Positions 10,069 to 19,723 of a DNA stretch of 64,000 nucleotides are shown here, piece by piece. The position numbers and the translations under genes are program-made. This DNA is from a virus (lineage: Duplodnaviria > Caudoviricetes): the IMG/VR virus record IMGVR_UViG_3300020036_002473, positions 1 through 64,000 of that record, one strand, 5' to 3'. Below the pieces are notes generated by a model. It saw only the letters and a program-made list of their open reading frames with translations, did no database searches and was not told the DNA's origin. The first letter of the stretch is position 1. Each line of letters begins with the position of its first letter.

Positions 10069-10499
10069 GGCGCAACTCCACCGAAGGTGGTATCTCCGTA
10101 CCAATCAGCCATATCTTGTGCAGAAGTGCCTTCAAAGTATCCAGCATTCCAATACTTAGGAAACTTATACAATAGATTATCTTCATTAACACCTGAAGCT
10201 GATACAATAGGATTGAATGACATGAATGCAGGGTCTTTAACCGTTAAGATTAAAAACTCTTTGTATTGTTGGAAAGCTTGATTGTCATAGCTTTCAATTT
10301 GTGCTAATTTAGTTTTTGTACTACGTGTGAGCATTGCTAGAATATACTGAGCAACAACTCCTGAAGCTTTCACAACATTATTATTATTATCTGTTAATGT
10401 TTGTGTGTAGACAACATCTGGAAGCCAAGGCAAATCTGCCCAATCACCTACACGTAAGCGCATTTGTCCAATAGGGGTTGACGGGTCAATCATTGGCAT
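10065..10499 (-). CDS. Head-tail adaptor protein
   Basis: 144 aa right after the capsid gene; 'STPIGQMRLRVGD' N-terminus. Confidence 0.7.
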   Translation of the reverse strand: MPMIDPSTPIGQMRLRVGDWADLPWLPDVVYTQTLTDNNNNVVKASGVVAQYILAMLTRSTKTKLAQIESYDNQAFQQYKEFLILTVKDPAFMSFNPIVSASGVNEDNLLYKFPKYWNAGYFEGTSAQDMADWYGDTTFGGVAP

Positions 10500-10523
10500 G
10501 TTATTGTGTCCTTTAATACGAAT

Positions 10524-10553
10524 AAAGCCCTCCCAAATTCATGGAAGGGCTTT
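10524..10553 (-). terminator. Terminator after the major capsid gene
   Basis: AAAGCCCTCC-loop-GAAGGGCTTT hairpin with T-runs. Confidence 0.75.
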
Positions 10554-10572
10554 TGCTAGCTATGTTCTAATA

Positions 10573-11619
10573 TTAGTTAGAGCTGTAGCCACGAATCAAC
10601 AATTGTGGACGGAAGCAAGCGTTCACGAAGTTAGACTCTGTTTCGATTTCAATCTTAGTACCATTGGTGGAAGCGTTTTCAAACATATACACTTGTTCAC
10701 CCAAGGTGTTTACAATGCCAAAGCGTTCTGCTGGAGCAAAGTAGGTGCGGAAAGCATCTGTACCCATTGGAACAAAAGCGCAATCACCATCTGGAATCAA
10801 CGGGGTTTGTACGCCAGCAACAGGGAATGTGTCATTCATTTCAATGAACATTACACCACCAAAGTCAAACTTACGTGGTTCGAAAATCGAATTGCCACCC
10901 ATACGTGTACGCAAAGGGTCTTGGTTAGAAGATACTTTATCGGAATAGTAGTTGTAAGCTGCTGCAACTTTTGGATGCTTAATCAAGGCAGAGAAGAATG
11001 TACGTGAGCACAAACCTACGATACCAGTGATAGTGCCACCATTACCTACTTGGGTTTGCATGGTGTAAACAACTTGGTCAATCTTGTCCAAGATTTCAGT
11101 AGTGCCTGTACCAAATAAGAAGTCAACTGTGGTTTGGGAGATACCGAACTCAGTAAACCAGTTTTGACTTACAGTACCATTCGGAGAATATACAGTACCG
11201 GCTGTTACCAGCTGAGCACGAGCTTTTTCCAAAGTTGCTGCATGAGACTGACGGATGGTTTGCATTTTACGTACACGAGCTGCCACCAGTGGGTCAACTT
11301 TGCTATTAGCTGCACCGTAAGCGCGTACACCAGCCAAGTTTTTAGGCAGAATTGCGTCATCCAATGGGAAATGAGGTACTGCGAAGCTACGAACTTTACG
11401 GCCTTGATCTACAGAAACGCTGTTACGTTCACCACGTACACGATCACCAATCAAGCCAATAACGCCAGATGTTTCTTCAAAGGTAACAGAAGAGGCTGCT
11501 ACAGGGATTTCTTGGAAAATACCCAAGCGACCAATTATACCCCATGTATTAGGGATGGTTACGAGGTCTTCAGTCCAGTCTGTTACTTTAAAATTATCAT
11601 TAAAGCTGCGAATTAACAT
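10573..11619 (-). CDS. Major capsid protein, lambda gpE family
   Basis: 348 aa; 'SFAVPHFPLDDAI', 'RTYFAPA', 'IEIETESNFVNACFRP' are gpE-family motifs. Confidence 0.92.
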   Translation of the reverse strand: MLIRSFNDNFKVTDWTEDLVTIPNTWGIIGRLGIFQEIPVAASSVTFEETSGVIGLIGDRVRGERNSVSVDQGRKVRSFAVPHFPLDDAILPKNLAGVRAYGAANSKVDPLVAARVRKMQTIRQSHAATLEKARAQLVTAGTVYSPNGTVSQNWFTEFGISQTTVDFLFGTGTTEILDKIDQVVYTMQTQVGNGGTITGIVGLCSRTFFSALIKHPKVAAAYNYYSDKVSSNQDPLRTRMGGNSIFEPRKFDFGGVMFIEMNDTFPVAGVQTPLIPDGDCAFVPMGTDAFRTYFAPAERFGIVNTLGEQVYMFENASTNGTKIEIETESNFVNACFRPQLLIRGYSSN

Positions 11620-11654
11620 TTGCTATGTCCTTATTATTGTTTTATTATTGGCTA

Positions 11655-12077
11655 TTAAACGAAGTTGGATTCTGCGAAAATACCAACACCAGCCAGAGAT
11701 GCGTAGGCTGCGGTTTTTTCTGCGTCCAAATCATAGCTGGAATGCCATTTCAGAGCAGCTTTGCTTACAACTACTTTACCACGGGCCAATGCCAACACTT
11801 TAGTGTCGGTGGTAGCTGGTACAGAGAAATCAACAGCATCACCAAAGGAGTTGCCGATAACAATGGCTACTACGTTTTGTGAGCCATCTACAGCATTCTG
11901 TACGGATTCTTTATACTTACCATTGGCGCTTACTTTACCAAGCAGTGTACCAACTTTATAAGCTGTAATACCTGCTTCATTAACTGTTACTAATTCATTC
12001 AGCAATTCGGTGTTGTCTGTGTCAGACTTTTTAATCAAATTGCTCAGAGATTGTGTTGCAGTGGCGATCAAAGCCAT
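11655..12077 (-). CDS. Head decoration protein (gpD-like)
   Basis: 140 aa just upstream of the MCP; 'GTLLGKV...GKY...DGSQ...A' pattern. Confidence 0.8.
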   Translation of the reverse strand: MALIATATQSLSNLIKKSDTDNTELLNELVTVNEAGITAYKVGTLLGKVSANGKYKESVQNAVDGSQNVVAIVIGNSFGDAVDFSVPATTDTKVLALARGKVVVSKAALKWHSSYDLDAEKTAAYASLAGVGIFAESNFV

Positions 12078-12095
12078 AATGCTATTCCTTTATTA

Positions 12096-12593
12096 TTATT
12101 TATTATAGAGTGCTTGAAGCATCTTAGCTTCTGGCGATAACCCGCTAGTGTCAGCAACAACACTAGCACCAACTTCTTTAAACGATTCTTCTTCTACAGA
12201 CAATGTAGTTTCCAAGGCTGCGCATACAGCATCGAAAGCAACATCTTCCAGAGAAGTGGTAGCAGCCAATGTAGCCTCTGCTTTAGCAGTGCCAATCAAG
12301 CTTTCTAGTTTAGCCTTACGTTTATCATTTTTTTCTTGCATAGCTTTTTCAGCCAATGCTTTGGAGAATTCTTCTGCTTGAGCCACTTGTGTCAGAGCTG
12401 CTTCTAGCTTGCTAGCCATTGCAGACATTTCAGATTCGTAGGAACCTAATTTTTCTAATACAGAGCTAAGCTCAGCGTCTTTAGTTTGAACAAGGAGATT
12501 AGCTGCTGCAAGAGCTTCTTGGACATTAGCCATCTCTGTTAAATCGGCAGATTCTTTAGAACCTCCAAAACCACGTTTTAATGCCTCAAGCAT
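12096..12593 (-). CDS. Scaffold-like protein
   Basis: 165 aa, Ala/Glu-rich coiled coil between the protease and decoration genes. Confidence 0.6.
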   Translation of the reverse strand: MLEALKRGFGGSKESADLTEMANVQEALAAANLLVQTKDAELSSVLEKLGSYESEMSAMASKLEAALTQVAQAEEFSKALAEKAMQEKNDKRKAKLESLIGTAKAEATLAATTSLEDVAFDAVCAALETTLSVEEESFKEVGASVVADTSGLSPEAKMLQALYNK

Positions 12594-13449
12594 CTAAATT
12601 TCCTCTTTTATGTTTCTTTGTGATATAATCAATAAATTCTGAGCGTGTCATAACTTTATTAACTAACCCTAACGCCAAAGCATCTTTTGCATTGAAAACT
12701 TTAGCTTGTGTTGATTTGATAACATCAATGCCTAAGCCTGTATATTTAGATACGTGCGAGCAGAAGTCCAAATAAAGGCTATCCACATTAGCTTGTAAAT
12801 CTTCAATAAAAGACTTCTTCCAGCTTCCATCTTCAGCAAATGGTACTTTATCTTCTCCAGCGTAAATAAATGTACGCTGATAACCTTCCATCTTCAGGGC
12901 TTCAGAGTTGTTAAAAATTGTGCATACGACTCCTATGCTGCCAATTTCAGATGATGGATTCGATACAATTTCATCGCATACACACGCTAAAGCGTATGCT
13001 GCTGAGCAACTTTGACCATCTACGTATCCAACTAGGTAGACACCCGCATCGTCACATTTCTTACGAAGTTCATCAGAAGATTCGAAACAGCCGTGGCATT
13101 CTCCACCACCACTATCAAGGTTGAGCACGATAGTTTTAGCACCTTCACTAATCATCTCATCAACATCTTCAAGCAAGTCTTGATACGACATTCCGACTTC
13201 GCCACACATAGAGTGTACTGGCCTGTATGTCAAAGCACCAAAGATGTCAATCACGCCAATTCCGTTCATAGGGTCGTATCTATCTTCATCAGATTCATCG
13301 CCAGAGTCACTGTCAAACTTCATCGCGTCAATCTTTAAGTATTCACCAAGATTTCGATTTTCTAAATAGTTAGCAATTGCTGAAAATGATTTTAATGACA
13401 GATAGTGAGGTTTACTGTAGAACTCTTGCGTAAGCCTTGAGACTGGCAT
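12586..13449 (-). CDS. Prohead protease, peptidase S49 family
   Basis: 'DSGGGE', 'CSAAYALAC', 'GSIGV' S49 motifs; likely start MPVSRL at 13449. Confidence 0.92.
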   Translation of the reverse strand: MPVSRLTQEFYSKPHYLSLKSFSAIANYLENRNLGEYLKIDAMKFDSDSGDESDEDRYDPMNGIGVIDIFGALTYRPVHSMCGEVGMSYQDLLEDVDEMISEGAKTIVLNLDSGGGECHGCFESSDELRKKCDDAGVYLVGYVDGQSCSAAYALACVCDEIVSNPSSEIGSIGVVCTIFNNSEALKMEGYQRTFIYAGEDKVPFAEDGSWKKSFIEDLQANVDSLYLDFCSHVSKYTGLGIDVIKSTQAKVFNAKDALALGLVNKVMTRSEFIDYITKKHKRGNLDA

Positions 13450-13456
13450 TTGTTTT

Positions 13457-14287
13457 TTATTCTTTTTCATTTTGTTCCTTGTAAACACGAAGCCACTCAA
13501 GGTATTCAGAGTCCTCAGAAGGATTCCAACCAGACCTTACCTTCAGAAACACACTTCTAATCGTCCCCCACTCAAGACCAAAAGTTTTTGCTACTTCTGC
13601 TTGCCTAGTAGTTGGATTATTTCTAAGCATTTCAAAGGCATCCACTGCAAGACTCCATATAGCCCTATTTGCTACTGTAGACCTCCAAGCCCTATTATTC
13701 CTAGCTTTGGCTGCGTCACTAATCTTCTTCTTAGTCTCTTCAGAAGCAACTCTTTCTCGTGCTCTTTTCGACATTGCAGCTCTTTGCTCATCACTTAGAT
13801 TATGCTTCTTACCTGTACGTTTCCTAGAAAACTCAAGCTTCTGCTCCTCTGTCCACAAAGATTTGCCCTTCTTTGCTTTGGATATTTTCTGCTTTGTCTC
13901 TTCAGAATGCTCTTTTCCATAGAAAGAATTACCCTCACCCTTTCTTGACTCAGAAAATTTCTTCCTAGTTTCCTCCGAAGCTTTAACACCAAGTGACCCC
14001 TTTTGGCCACCTACTAGTAAGTTCCACCCTATCTTTGGACTATTCCTCAGCTTATACTCAATATCTAAGCAATACTCTGTCGAGCCTTGAACTAGAGTGT
14101 CTACAACAATGCTATCTCCATACTTCCTGAGATTATTGTACAATGGGTAGTTATAGCATTTTTCCCTGTTCATATCTGAAAAGTGCGTCTTGAGTCTCTT
14201 TTTAACTGTATTGCTGGTAAAGCCAATGTAGCCTTCAGTGAACATATCTGTATGCTCGGGTAAATGTAGCCAATAAACGAATGCCAT
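13457..14287 (-). mobile_element. Free-standing GIY-YIG homing endonuclease with NUMOD3 repeats
   Basis: 'FVYWL...GYIGFT...RLKTH', conserved 'GWN', and three (H/A)SEET(K/R)xK repeats; inserted between portal and protease. Confidence 0.88.
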
Positions 14288-14288
14288 A

Positions 14289-15779
14289 TTACCCCGCGTT
14301 TTCAGTGTTCATTGTGCTTGTGTCGTTATTCGCAACACTGTTAGCTGTACCGTTCAAACCCCCTGTAGGCGTGCTGAAGCTATCCCCTGTGCGGCTAGAA
14401 GTCCCATCTGTAGAAAGCTCTTCTAGGTTAGGAGGTTCATCGTCAGGCAAGCCTTGTAAACCAATTTGCTCACGGACAACATTAAGAACATCTCTACGTG
14501 TCTCTACAAGCCCTACAGCTTTCAAACGTTGTAAGCCTTTAGACAGGGTTTCAAAATCCATCTGGTCAAAGTCACCAGAAACAAATTTAGGAAGCTCTGT
14601 ATCTGTCCAGCCATTAGCTTTAAACAACCAAGGAATTAATTCTGAATTCAACACTTCAGCAATTTCTTTTAGGCGATAGGCTAAAGACAGGCTCAAAAGA
14701 TTTGTCTTAGCATCTGCCAAAGCAAAGCTATCGCCTGAATTGCCACCAAGCTTAATAATGTCGCAGCTTAATGCTGTGAGAATATCATTCTGTAAGCGTT
14801 GAATAATCTTGCTTGTATCAAACCTAGCTCCACCCTTGCTCTCTAATAAATTAAGAGAGAAAATAGGCATCTTAGTTTCAGGGTCAAACATTTGAGGAAT
14901 TACAGCACTACGCTGAGAGCCTGTTGTGAGGTTATCTGCTAGGTCAAGGAATGCTTGATACACAGCTTTCTCATCGGGGCTTGCATTCGCGTCCATATAT
15001 TTAGGAGGAATACCCAATACAGGAATACCGCCTAGGTCACGAGCAATACCAATAAGCTCTTGGTCTTGAATAATTTCTAATTGTTTGTAGGCTAGGTAGC
15101 ATCCTTTAAGGATACTACGGCCTTCTGGATTATCTCTTGTTGCATCAGCTCTAAACAGCAATACTTTATTACGTGGAATCTCTACTTCTGTTCCATTACG
15201 TGTTAGCATTGAATAGTTTAAAGCATTTGTAGAATCAGCGAAGGATTGTGTAATGCTCTCTACTGTTCTTCCATCTTCAGCATAGTTCCAACCACTAATC
15301 GTTGATTGGCTGCGAGGAGGAAGCTTGCGTAAGCCTACAAGTCCATCGTTATGTTTGCTACCATTGCGTTGTAAGCGTCTGCGTGGTATGATTTCATGCA
15401 CTGCAAAGCCATACTCAAGGTAGCTGATTGTTTCGTTGATGAAGCTACTCCAGCTATCATCCATGTCTGTCATACAGCTTGCGACAAACTTTGCACGTTC
15501 TTTCTGTTGCTCTGTAGCGCCAATTGGAGGCTCTACAGACCACTCTACACGTCCTAACATCATTCGATACACAGCTAGAGCTGCTGCCACTGTAGGGTTG
15601 TTACGCATTTCGTCAACAACTTTAAGGAAGGCAGGGAATTGGAATTCCCTGTTAGCTTCCTCAATAATTTGCTTTCCTGAACGTCTCAGCCCTGTGTAGC
15701 CTCTTTCAGCTCCGCTAATGCGGGGCAGAATAGCCCCTTCGTCTGGTGCTAGGGAGGCGCTGTTAAGCTCATTAGCCAT
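14289..15779 (-). CDS. Portal protein
   Basis: 496 aa after TerL; 'NPEGRSILKGCY...GIARDLGGIPV' (DUF935-like portal). Confidence 0.9.
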   Translation of the reverse strand: MANELNSASLAPDEGAILPRISGAERGYTGLRRSGKQIIEEANREFQFPAFLKVVDEMRNNPTVAAALAVYRMMLGRVEWSVEPPIGATEQQKERAKFVASCMTDMDDSWSSFINETISYLEYGFAVHEIIPRRRLQRNGSKHNDGLVGLRKLPPRSQSTISGWNYAEDGRTVESITQSFADSTNALNYSMLTRNGTEVEIPRNKVLLFRADATRDNPEGRSILKGCYLAYKQLEIIQDQELIGIARDLGGIPVLGIPPKYMDANASPDEKAVYQAFLDLADNLTTGSQRSAVIPQMFDPETKMPIFSLNLLESKGGARFDTSKIIQRLQNDILTALSCDIIKLGGNSGDSFALADAKTNLLSLSLAYRLKEIAEVLNSELIPWLFKANGWTDTELPKFVSGDFDQMDFETLSKGLQRLKAVGLVETRRDVLNVVREQIGLQGLPDDEPPNLEELSTDGTSSRTGDSFSTPTGGLNGTANSVANNDTSTMNTENAG

Positions 15780-15802
15780 CTCATCTCCCTATATATTGTT
15801 GC

Positions 15803-15838
15803 AATATAATACATATTCCTAATTTGTCAATAGGGAAT
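15803..15838 (-). promoter_or_regulatory. sigma70-like promoter, late class, upstream of portal
   Basis: TTGACA (15825-15830) N16 TATATT (15803-15808). Confidence 0.7.
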
Positions 15839-15866
15839 AAGCAAATATATTGAAAATATTTTGGTT

Positions 15867-17360
15867 TTATGTAAGTTTCTTTGCTATAATGCTTTGTCTG
15901 GAGAGATTAGGCATTGTGAAAGAAGGGATTTGTAAACTCTGTGCGATTATGTTAAAAGCATCAGATGTAGCATCTACCATATCGTCATGACCTCTACTGT
16001 CGTAGCTGAAGTTTTCAAGCTCTTGGAAGAATTCCTCATTCCAGTCTCCTCGCACCACTCTCACACTTCCAGACTCTGCTAGTGCTGCAAAAGGTTGGAA
16101 GCGAGCTACTTTGCTGGCTCTATTTGTAATTGGTACAGTACGGGCTGCTACACCATTCTCAGCTAATGTCCTTAGAAAGAACACAGCTGAAGCTTTACCA
16201 CCCCCATTATCTTTTGGGATTGTGATTTGTACATCACTTCCATCTTTTTGCGCTGTGGATATAATTTCTTTAAGAACACCATCAGCCATCTTACGGAAGC
16301 GCACAACATCTTCAATGTAGTAAATACCGTATCTATCCCTAGACATCTTTACACCAGCTGTAAAGTCAGGGTCACGATAGGTTTCTGAAGGGACACTGTA
16401 AGCCAAGTCCCAACTTCGTATCTTACTAACAGCATCGTGTGGTGGCCTGTCAACAAGCTCGACATATCGCCTATCAAAGAATCCATCGCCTTCAGCCTTA
16501 GCTGTCCAGCTGCCGTGTAAAAACTTAAGTTGATTAACACGAGGCTGAGCTAAAAGATTAGCTAGGTAAGATGTGTTTCGTGGTGGAAGCAAGTATGGAT
16601 TATCGAACACACCTGTAGGAATAAACCTGAAGCTCTTTGGAAAGAACAATTTTGACGGGTGTATATTTTTAATCTCTGCTTCTGAGAGTCCTACAGCATA
16701 TATTAAGTCTCTAGGCTTTCCGTATTTCTCGTAACACTCTTCAGCGCTATCAGCCCATAACACTTTGCTGTCTTGTACTGTAAACCATCTAACTCTTTTC
16801 TCTGTACCTTCTACTGGCACACCATCCTCATTCAAACTGAAATCAACCCAACTTTTTAAGAAGCTGTTAATGTCGGGATTGCATGTTAAGATTAGTTGTG
16901 GCTTTATTTTCGAATGTGCTGAGCGTAGACGAGATAATAAGAATAACACTTGATGCTCTGTCCACTTATCAGCTGCTTCATCTACAAAAATTCTAACAAG
17001 CTGAGCACCTTGGAAACCACCTAAGTCTGTATCACTGTCAATTGCATTCAAAGCAATCTCAGCACCAGAGGGAAACACCCACGTTCTTGCTTGTGTCTTA
17101 TAAATTCCACCAAACTCGGGGTAGACACTCTTAGATTCACTAACAATACCACCCTGCCGTGTTAGCTCTGGTACACTTCTACGGAAGATGGCACATTTAA
17201 AGTGGGGGTCATGAATTGCATCTAAGTTCTTCATGATAATGGTTCTCGTTTTCCCTCCTCCGGCTGAGCCCCCTACACATATGACATCGGTATAATTGTC
17301 CTGCAATGCTAATTTTTGTTTTTCAGATACTGGGGCATAGACACTACGTTCTTCTGCCAT
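15867..17360 (-). CDS. terL: Terminase large subunit
   Basis: Walker A 'GGSAGGGKT', Walker B 'IFVDEA', nuclease motifs 'WDLA' and 'HDDMVDA'. Confidence 0.95.
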   Translation of the reverse strand: MAEERSVYAPVSEKQKLALQDNYTDVICVGGSAGGGKTRTIIMKNLDAIHDPHFKCAIFRRSVPELTRQGGIVSESKSVYPEFGGIYKTQARTWVFPSGAEIALNAIDSDTDLGGFQGAQLVRIFVDEAADKWTEHQVLFLLSRLRSAHSKIKPQLILTCNPDINSFLKSWVDFSLNEDGVPVEGTEKRVRWFTVQDSKVLWADSAEECYEKYGKPRDLIYAVGLSEAEIKNIHPSKLFFPKSFRFIPTGVFDNPYLLPPRNTSYLANLLAQPRVNQLKFLHGSWTAKAEGDGFFDRRYVELVDRPPHDAVSKIRSWDLAYSVPSETYRDPDFTAGVKMSRDRYGIYYIEDVVRFRKMADGVLKEIISTAQKDGSDVQITIPKDNGGGKASAVFFLRTLAENGVAARTVPITNRASKVARFQPFAALAESGSVRVVRGDWNEEFFQELENFSYDSRGHDDMVDATSDAFNIIAQSLQIPSFTMPNLSRQSIIAKKLT

Positions 17361-17405
17361 ACCTACTCACTCCTTTTAAAATTCTTCTCCTTACGTTGTT
17401 CTACA

Positions 17406-17450
17406 AAAACAAAAACCCTGCAAGGAGCCTATTAAGCTTCTTACAGGGCT
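17406..17450 (-). terminator. Terminator-like hairpin upstream of terL
   Basis: Sense CCCTGTAAG...CTTGCAGGG followed by TTTTTGTTTTT. Confidence 0.6.
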
Positions 17451-17459
17451 ATTGATTGG

Positions 17460-17660
17460 AAGTTTGCCACTCTACCCGCAAAACATTCCAGTTGGGCATA
17501 CCCCCAACCTCTCCACAATACACCCATCTACGTGGGCTTCAAAAGAGCTGCTTGAACTGTAAGCAACACTTAATAATGTGCCCCCACTAAACCTAGAAGG
17601 AGAGACTAGGCTAGCAGAGGTCTTAAAAAGCTGACGCTTTTGCGTCTTAAAACTATAATT
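17460..17660 (-). ncRNA. Candidate structured ncRNA downstream of tRNA-Pro
   Basis: No credible ORF; at least five hairpins plus a long-range helix (see findings). Confidence 0.4.
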
Positions 17661-17665
17661 ATTCT

Positions 17666-17742
17666 TGGTCAGTGAAGTAAGCCTCGAACTTACGACCTCA
17701 TGGCCCCAAACCATGCACTCTACCAGACTGAGCTATTCACTG
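17666..17742 (-). tRNA. trnP: tRNA-Pro (TGG)
   Basis: CAGTGAA/TTCACTG acceptor stem, CATGG-TT TGG GG-CCATG anticodon arm, TTCGAG T-loop, encoded CCA. Confidence 0.93.
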
Positions 17743-17743
17743 A

Positions 17744-17819
17744 TGGTGCTCCTTGAGAGACTTGAACTCCCAACATCCACATTACAAATGTGGTGCTCTG
17801 CCAATTGAGCTAAAAGAGC
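17744..17819 (-). tRNA. trnT: tRNA-Thr (TGT)
   Basis: GCTCTTT/AAGGAGC acceptor stem, CCACA-TT TGT AA-TGTGG anticodon arm, TTCAAGT T-loop, encoded CCA; 1 nt from tRNA-Pro. Confidence 0.93.
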
Positions 17820-17837
17820 TTGTCCTTCACATAAGCT

Positions 17838-17865
17838 ATTAAAACATGCTTTCCTATTTTGTCAA
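17838..17865 (-). promoter_or_regulatory. Promoter for the tRNA pair
   Basis: TTGACA (17860-17865) N16 TTTAAT with an upstream TG. Confidence 0.65.
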
Positions 17866-17882
17866 GAGGGGAAATGACGAAG

Positions 17883-18272
17883 TTATTTAATCTCTTGTAT
17901 TTCATTGAAATTAACAAGTGGCTTAATACGCCCATCATCTTCAATCTGCTTAATACCTTGCTGCTGTTGCGTATGCTTAATTTCTAGCAATGTTCTTTGT
18001 AACGCATCCTTATTAATCTCTGTAGCAATCTTAAGATTAAGGTCTACAATTGTTCTTGCAGCATCTAGGGCAATACGCTCGTCTTGGCTTCTTGACAAAG
18101 CGTTAAGCTTACGAATACTTGCCCGATTAGCTTTTGCTAAGTATTTTAATGTGTTGCTAAGCTCATGTTTGTCCCGTATAAAGCTAAGCTTACCTGCTGG
18201 AGTCATTGTTGCTGGAGACTTGTCATCCTCTTCATCAATGTCCTCATATTCTTCTTCAAATTGTTCTTGCAT
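17883..18272 (-). CDS. Probable terminase small subunit
   Basis: 129 aa helical protein, the first gene of the late operon upstream of terL; called by position only. Confidence 0.55.
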   Translation of the reverse strand: MQEQFEEEYEDIDEEDDKSPATMTPAGKLSFIRDKHELSNTLKYLAKANRASIRKLNALSRSQDERIALDAARTIVDLNLKIATEINKDALQRTLLEIKHTQQQQGIKQIEDDGRIKPLVNFNEIQEIK

Positions 18273-18290
18273 AATCCCTCCTATTGCTAT

Positions 18291-18318
18291 ACTATATAAC
18301 GAAATGCTTATTTGTCAA
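18291..18318 (-). promoter_or_regulatory. Late-operon promoter
   Basis: TTGACA (18313-18318) N16 TATAGT. Confidence 0.7.
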
Positions 18319-18391
18319 GGGGCTTGCAGCCAGCACCTCGCATTCGTGGTTCTTGAATAAAGAATAAAGGGCTAACGAGTGAAACGAGAAC

Positions 18392-18420
18392 TTGACAAGA
18401 AGCTAGAATGTGGTTAAATT
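18392..18420 (+). promoter_or_regulatory. sigma70 promoter, divergent from the late operon
   Basis: TTGACA N17 TAAATT. Confidence 0.7.
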
Positions 18421-18450
18421 GTGTTTACGTTGAACAACAAAGGAGGATGT

Positions 18451-19188
18451 ATGTACGAAATGTTTAAAGGAGATTGCTTGGAAGTTATGAAGCAGATTCC
18501 TGATGGAAGTGTTGATATGATTTTGTGTGACCCGCCTTACCAGAAAACTTGTAATAAATGGGATTCTATTATCCCTTTCGACCTGATGTGGAAGCAAATA
18601 GAGAGGATTATTAAACTAAACGGTGCGATTGTCTTGTTTGGCCAGAACACATTTACTTTTAAGCTTGGTCTATCTAATGAAAAATTATTTAGGTACACAA
18701 TGACATGGGAGAAAACTAAAGCTGGTGGATTTCTTAATGCTAACAGGATGCCGCTTCAAGCGCATGAGGATATACTTGTTTTCTATAAGAAGCTTCCTAC
18801 ATACATCCCACAATTTGAAGATGGTAAGCCTTACACAAAGAAAGCTGTTACAAACGGGGATGGGGGTAACTACGGAAATTTTAACCGTATTGGTGAAATT
18901 GCAATTAATGATGGGAAGCGGTTTCCTAGAAGCGTTATTAAATTCTCAAACGACAATCATGGAAGTCTGCACCCTACGCAGAAGCCGGTAGCTTTGATGG
19001 AGTATTTAGCTAAAACATACTCTAACGAAGGTGATGTTGTATTGGACTTTACAATGGGGTCTGGAACAACAGGAGTAGCTTGTGCTAATATAGGCCGTAA
19101 ATTTATTGGTATTGAAATGGATGATAAGTATTTTGCAATTGCAAAAGAACGTGTATCATCTGCCTATGAAAAACAAAAAGGAGCCTAG
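18451..19188 (+). CDS. DNA adenine/N4-cytosine methyltransferase (N6_N4_Mtase, beta class)
   Basis: 'DMILCDPPY', 'HPTQKP', 'VLDFTMGSGTT'; start at MYEMF after an AGGAGG RBS. Confidence 0.95.
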   Translation: MYEMFKGDCLEVMKQIPDGSVDMILCDPPYQKTCNKWDSIIPFDLMWKQIERIIKLNGAIVLFGQNTFTFKLGLSNEKLFRYTMTWEKTKAGGFLNANRMPLQAHEDILVFYKKLPTYIPQFEDGKPYTKKAVTNGDGGNYGNFNRIGEIAINDGKRFPRSVIKFSNDNHGSLHPTQKPVALMEYLAKTYSNEGDVVLDFTMGSGTTGVACANIGRKFIGIEMDDKYFAIAKERVSSAYEKQKGA

Positions 19189-19196
19189 AAACAACA

Positions 19197-19349
19197 ATGA
19201 AGCAGCATGACAAAACAAATGTGCCTCGCAAAGAAAGCCTCAACAAAACGCTTGTAAGCTTTGGGCATAAGGTGCATAATGATAAGCGTAGTAAGAAGCT
19301 AGAGAAAGACAAACAGAAGAAACTTGAGGAGGAGATGTTGTGGGACTAA
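19197..19349 (+). CDS. Small basic hypothetical protein (50 aa)
   Basis: Manual ORF MKQHDKTNVPRKES...MLWD in the operon gap. Confidence 0.55.
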   Translation: MKQHDKTNVPRKESLNKTLVSFGHKVHNDKRSKKLEKDKQKKLEEEMLWD

Positions 19350-19372
19350 CATGTACAGAGGAGGGCTGGTGT

Positions 19373-19492
19373 ATGGCTGATGAGTTTGATTTAGAGGAAT
19401 ATCTAAATAAAGCTGAGTATTTTGAAGTGGGTAGTGCGTATGCTCAAGAGGAATTTGATGTTCCTGCGTATGCTTTTAAAGAATTTATGTAA
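19373..19492 (+). CDS. Small acidic hypothetical protein (39 aa)
   Basis: Manual ORF MADEFDLEEYLNK...; GAGGAGG RBS upstream. Confidence 0.55.
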   Translation: MADEFDLEEYLNKAEYFEVGSAYAQEEFDVPAYAFKEFM

Positions 19493-19504
19493 AGGAGAAA
19501 CAAA

Positions 19505-19723
19505 ATGATTGCTGAAAAAGATATTGAAGCAAAACAATTAGTAGCGAATAGCTTGTACGAATATACACAACAACTAGAAGAAGCTCTTAAAGAGAAATGG
19601 CGTGTTGACTACGACCAGCCTCTTTACATGCAAGGCTACATGTGTTGTGCAACGCTTGTACGTGATGTAAAAATTCTTCCACCAATTGTGAATAAGTCAC
19701 AGCCAACCAAAGGAGCTAAATAA
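19505..19723 (+). CDS. Hypothetical protein
   Basis: AAGGAG RBS; tightly packed in the operon. Confidence 0.7.
   Translation: MIAEKDIEAKQLVANSLYEYTQQLEEALKEKWRVDYDQPLYMQGYMCCATLVRDVKILPPIVNKSQPTKGAK

Noticed and set aside
352-17000. Plus-strand ORFs overlapping the structural genes (e.g. 3288-3908, 10498-11007, 11134-11616)
   Set aside because: Antisense shadows of well-supported genes; no RBS or recognisable motifs.
17460-17660. Additional tRNA or tmRNA in the structured tract
   Set aside because: I could find no T-loop/acceptor geometry and no tag reading frame.
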